This document shows positions 58,571 through 64,000 of a stretch of 64,000 nt of DNA, piece by piece. Numbering within the stretch: the stretch's first letter is position 1; the number at the start of each line of letters is the position of its first letter. A program made the position numbers and the translations under genes. Source of the DNA: the human T2T-CHM13v2.0 reference genome, Homo sapiens; assembly GCF_009914755.1 (NCBI RefSeq), contig NC_060948.1; one strand, 5' to 3'. The notes under the pieces were generated by a model. That model was given only the letters and a program-made list of their open reading frames with translations, was not told where the DNA came from and did not search any database.

Positions 58571-58995
58571 CCTAAGTGTCCACCATCAGACAATTTGATT
58601 TTTTAAAATATGGCACATATATACCATGGAATACTACACAGCCATGAAAAGGAATGATGTTGTGTCTTTTGCAGCAACACGAAGGGAACTGGAGGCCATT
58701 ATCCTAAGTGAAATGGCTCAGAAACAGAAAGTCAAGTACCACATGTTATCCCTTATAAGCGGGAATTAAATAATGTGTACACGTCGACATAGAGCATAAA
58801 AAATAGACATCGAGGACTCAGAAGTCTCACAGGGTGGGATGGGATGAGGGATGAGAAATTACCTATTGGCTACCATGTACGTTATTTGAGTGATGGCCTC
58901 ACTAACAGCCCAAACATTACCACTATGCAATATATTCATGTAACACAAGTGTACTCATACCCACAAAATCTATAAAAATACAAAGGTAATTTAAA
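58571..58995 (+). mobile_element. L1MA-like 3' end
   Basis: ggaatactacacagccatgaaaagg...gggatgagaaattacctattgg..accactatgcaatatattcatgtaac. Confidence 0.8.
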
Positions 58996-59007
58996 TAGAA
59001 ATAGGTT

Positions 59008-59505
59008 TATAAATCATTCCACTATAACGACACACACACGTATGTTTATTGCAGCACTGTTCACAATAGTAAAGACTTGGAACCAACCCAAATGCCCATC
59101 AACGATAGACTGAATAAAGAAAATGTGGCACATGGACACCATGGAATACTATGCAGCCATAAAAAAGGATGAGTTCATGTCCTTTGCAGGGACATGGATG
59201 AAGCTGGAAACCATCCTTCTCAGCGAACTAACACAAGAACAGAAAACCAAACACCACATGTTCTCACTCACAAGTGGGAGTTGAACAATGAGAACACATG
59301 GAAACAGGGAGGGGAACATCACACACCAGGGCCTGTCAGGAGGTGAGGGACTAGGGGAGGGAGAGCATTAGGACAAACACCTAATGTAGATGATGGGTTG
59401 ATGGGTGCAGCAAACCACCATGGCACGTGTATACCTATGTAACAAACCTGCACGTTCTGCACATGTACCCCAGAACTTAAAGTATAATAAAATAAAATAA
59501 AACAA
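59008..59505 (+). mobile_element. L1PA7/8-like 3' end
   Basis: cgtatgtttattgcagcactgttcacaatag...cacatgtacccccagaacttaaagtataa with A tail. Confidence 0.9.
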
Positions 59506-60170
59506 TAAAGCCTATGCTGCTTTTCCATTTCACCTTTCCAAGTATAAAATGTTGTGTCTCCTCTCCCCCCAAAATAATTCCTATGTTGAGAACATACAAT
59601 CGCCAGGGTGATGGTATCAGGAGGTGGGGCCTGTGGAGGAGGCTTCAACATATAATCTGTTATTTGTCAGCCCGTACATTTCGTTGTCAGTATTGTGCGA
59701 ACAATCCTCTTGGTGTGTAAGACTTTCATTTTGTTTTTCTTGATACACGCATGAATCGATGAAAAAGTATGTTCACTTAGAAAATTGCCGAATAAGTTTT
59801 CCATATGCTTAGGTTTTCTGGTGTATCCCTCGTAACCTGAAGATAGAACCTGTACAATGACATTCCCGTGTTCCTGACCCAAGCTGAGGAACTTGCAAAT
59901 ACTATATGTAGTATCAGTAGATGAATTGATGTTCTTAATTTACTAAGTTTATTTTAAAAATAGGAATGTATTATTAAATTGTAATTACAGACACACAGTA
60001 TGCATATATACTGTGTATGTATACATGTGTGTCTGTGTGTGGGTGTGTCTGTGTGTGTACATACATATTTCTCAGCCCCAATGCCAACTTCCTAGTCAAT
60101 AAAGAAATCTCTAAAATCTTCCAGCTAAACTTGGAAAAGCAGCAAGTATCCATCCTGTTCTCTGTGATGC

Positions 60171-60455
60171 TTTTTTTTTTTTTGAGCTGGGGTCTCACTA
60201 CATTGCCCAGGCTGCAGTGCAGTGGTGCAATCATGGCTCGCTGAAGCCTCGACCTCCTGGACTCAAATGATCCTCCTGCCTCAGCCTCCCAAGTAGCTGG
60301 GACTACAGGTGTGAGCCACCACACTTGGCTAATTTTTTTTACTATTTTTTTTGTAAAGATGGGGTCTTGCTGTGTTGCCCAGACCGGTCTTGATCTCCGG
60401 GGCTCAAGTCATCCTCCCACCCCGGCCTCCCAAAGAGCTGGATTCCAGGAGTGCA
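60171..60455 (-). mobile_element. AluJ
   Basis: Antisense dimer with J diagnostics. Confidence 0.87.
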
Positions 60456-60459
60456 CCCT

Positions 60460-60865
60460 GTCATTTAACATGCTACTGGAGATCTTATCCAACATGGTCA
60501 GACAAATAATTACAACAGACACAAGAACGGCAGAGGGAGAGTCAAAATATACTTTGCAGATGATATGATGGTATGCCAGGAAAAAACTAACAAAATCAAC
60601 ATTAAATAAATCCAAGAAGAGAATTCAGGAAGGTAGTCAGATAGAAAACTCAGAAGCAAATATCAATAGCTTCCATACATACACAAACAATTGGCAGGTT
60701 AAAAAGGTAGGGGAAGAGACAGTCCTGCTTATAATATAGAAACAACAGCAACACTGAAATGAGACTTGGTCATCGAGAGTGTGCAAAACCTATATCAGGA
60801 AACCTAAAGACATAAAAGTAGAGTTGAGGCCATGGAAAGATGCCCTCGGGTCTCGGTGAGGATGT
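60460..60865 (+). mobile_element. Ancient L1M ORF2 remnant (similar remnants at 63000-63560 and 63850-64000)
   Basis: tttaacatgctactggagatc, tttgcagatgatatgatggtat, aaatatcaatagcttcc. Confidence 0.6.
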
Positions 60866-61447
60866 CATGCCACATGGTTTTGGAGGTGCCCGTGGGGTCT
60901 TCCCTGAAAACGCACAGTGAGCCGTGATTGTGCCACTGCACCGCAGCCTGGGCAAGGTAGCGAGACCCCAGCTCAAAAAAAAAAAAAAAAAGCATCACAG
61001 ATTGCAGAATGGACCCTTGCTGCATTTGTAACTTTAGCTAGAAGAGTTTAGTGTTTTCCTTACGGACCAGGAAGCTGGCATTGGGGCTGAGAAGTATGTA
61101 TGTACCCACACAGACACCCCCGCACACAACAGGTTGCAACAATCGCCTGACACCAGCCACCCGGTGCCTCTGCAGATGGGGAACATGTTTCGCAAGATCG
61201 GGCTTCCTCAGGGTTTTGGGTTTTCACAGCCAATGACTCGGCATGACCAGAGAACTGGCTGGACGCTCCTTCTACCCAATTCCTCGCCGTCTCTTTCTTC
61301 ACAGGTGTGAGGCACCTACACCATCACCTGCAAGCCTTCCTCCACTCTTCTGCCAGCGCCTGTTTGACCCTTCACACACAGTTCCCCTAGTAAATCTCTG
61401 GCCCATCATGTTCCTTCTTGGTGTGTGCTTCTCCAAAGACCCAAACG

Positions 61448-62970
<1,523 letters not shown>

Positions 62971-63561
62971 CTAAACTGATACAATCCTAAAGGTGTCAGA
63001 ATGACCCAAGTCAATATGCAAATTTGATGTGATCCAATAAAGATAGTTCACAGAATTTCTTTTAGGCAAACTGGACGAATCGATTCGAAAATTGCTGTGG
63101 GGAAAAGAATTCCAAATGAGGCGGCAAAGAGGAAAATTCTGATATGTACAAAGATTGAGAACACAATGGCCCTGTAGGAGATTAAAACATTTGAGAAGCT
63201 TCTATAATTAAACGGGAGGTACTACAGGCATTAATGGAGGAAGGAACAGGGTACAATTTCCAAAAATAGGCCAACTGCATGTGGAAATTGAGTACACGAC
63301 AAAAGGGGCAAAAGATGGGCGTTTTAATAAACCGTGTTGGGGCACGTGAAGCCACATTAGGAAACAGATAAAATTAGTGCCAGACCTCATAGCATGCATG
63401 AGTGAACTCCAAGGCAAAAACAAAGTTAAACCATGAGAAGATTGCAAGAAAGCAGGAATCATTAGTTTAACCTCCACAGAAAGAAAATGCTTCCTAAACG
63501 AAAATTCAGAAAGATGGTTAGATAGATTTCACTATTTAAAAAACTACTTGTTTAAAAAACA

Positions 63562-63843
<282 letters not shown>

Positions 63844-64000
63844 TCACATGGTAAAAAACAAAACAAATCTCCATAAGCAAAGTAAAAAATAAATAATGAG
63901 CTGGAAGAAAATTTGCAACTTCCATCAGAAATATTAACAGCTATTTTTCAGATATCTAAAAAGTTCAACTCCAGAAAAACCCCAAACATGCTACAAAGAA

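Overview
This is primate (human-like) genomic DNA. It is almost entirely intronic sequence of DHRSX, a pseudoautosomal (PAR1) short-chain dehydrogenase gene transcribed on the minus strand. Only two real coding exons are present: exon 2 (55916-56023, 108 nt, TGGTDGIG Rossmann motif) and exon 3 (39463-39531, 69 nt). The rest is about 55 Alus or Alu fragments, L1 3' ends, L2 remnants, LTRs (THE1/MST/MLT1, MLT2A, LTR22, LTR15-like, MER74-like), DNA transposon fossils and several large tandem arrays. Nearly all ORFs in the supplied track are Alu or simple-repeat artefacts. I find no new protein-coding system. The signals worth following up are non-coding: (1) a young L1 fragment with clustered, strand-specific A>G changes, suggesting ADAR editing fixed in DNA; (2) a strongly G-depleted solo ERV LTR, suggesting APOBEC3 hypermutation; (3) a cluster of short, locally templated direct, inverted and composite insertions plus very long TSD-like duplications; (4) a 3.8 kb, ~26-bp satellite with higher-order structure; (5) a minisatellite carrying PRDM9 13-mer matches. 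Repeat family names and consensus comparisons are recalled, not searched, and repeat boundaries are approximate.
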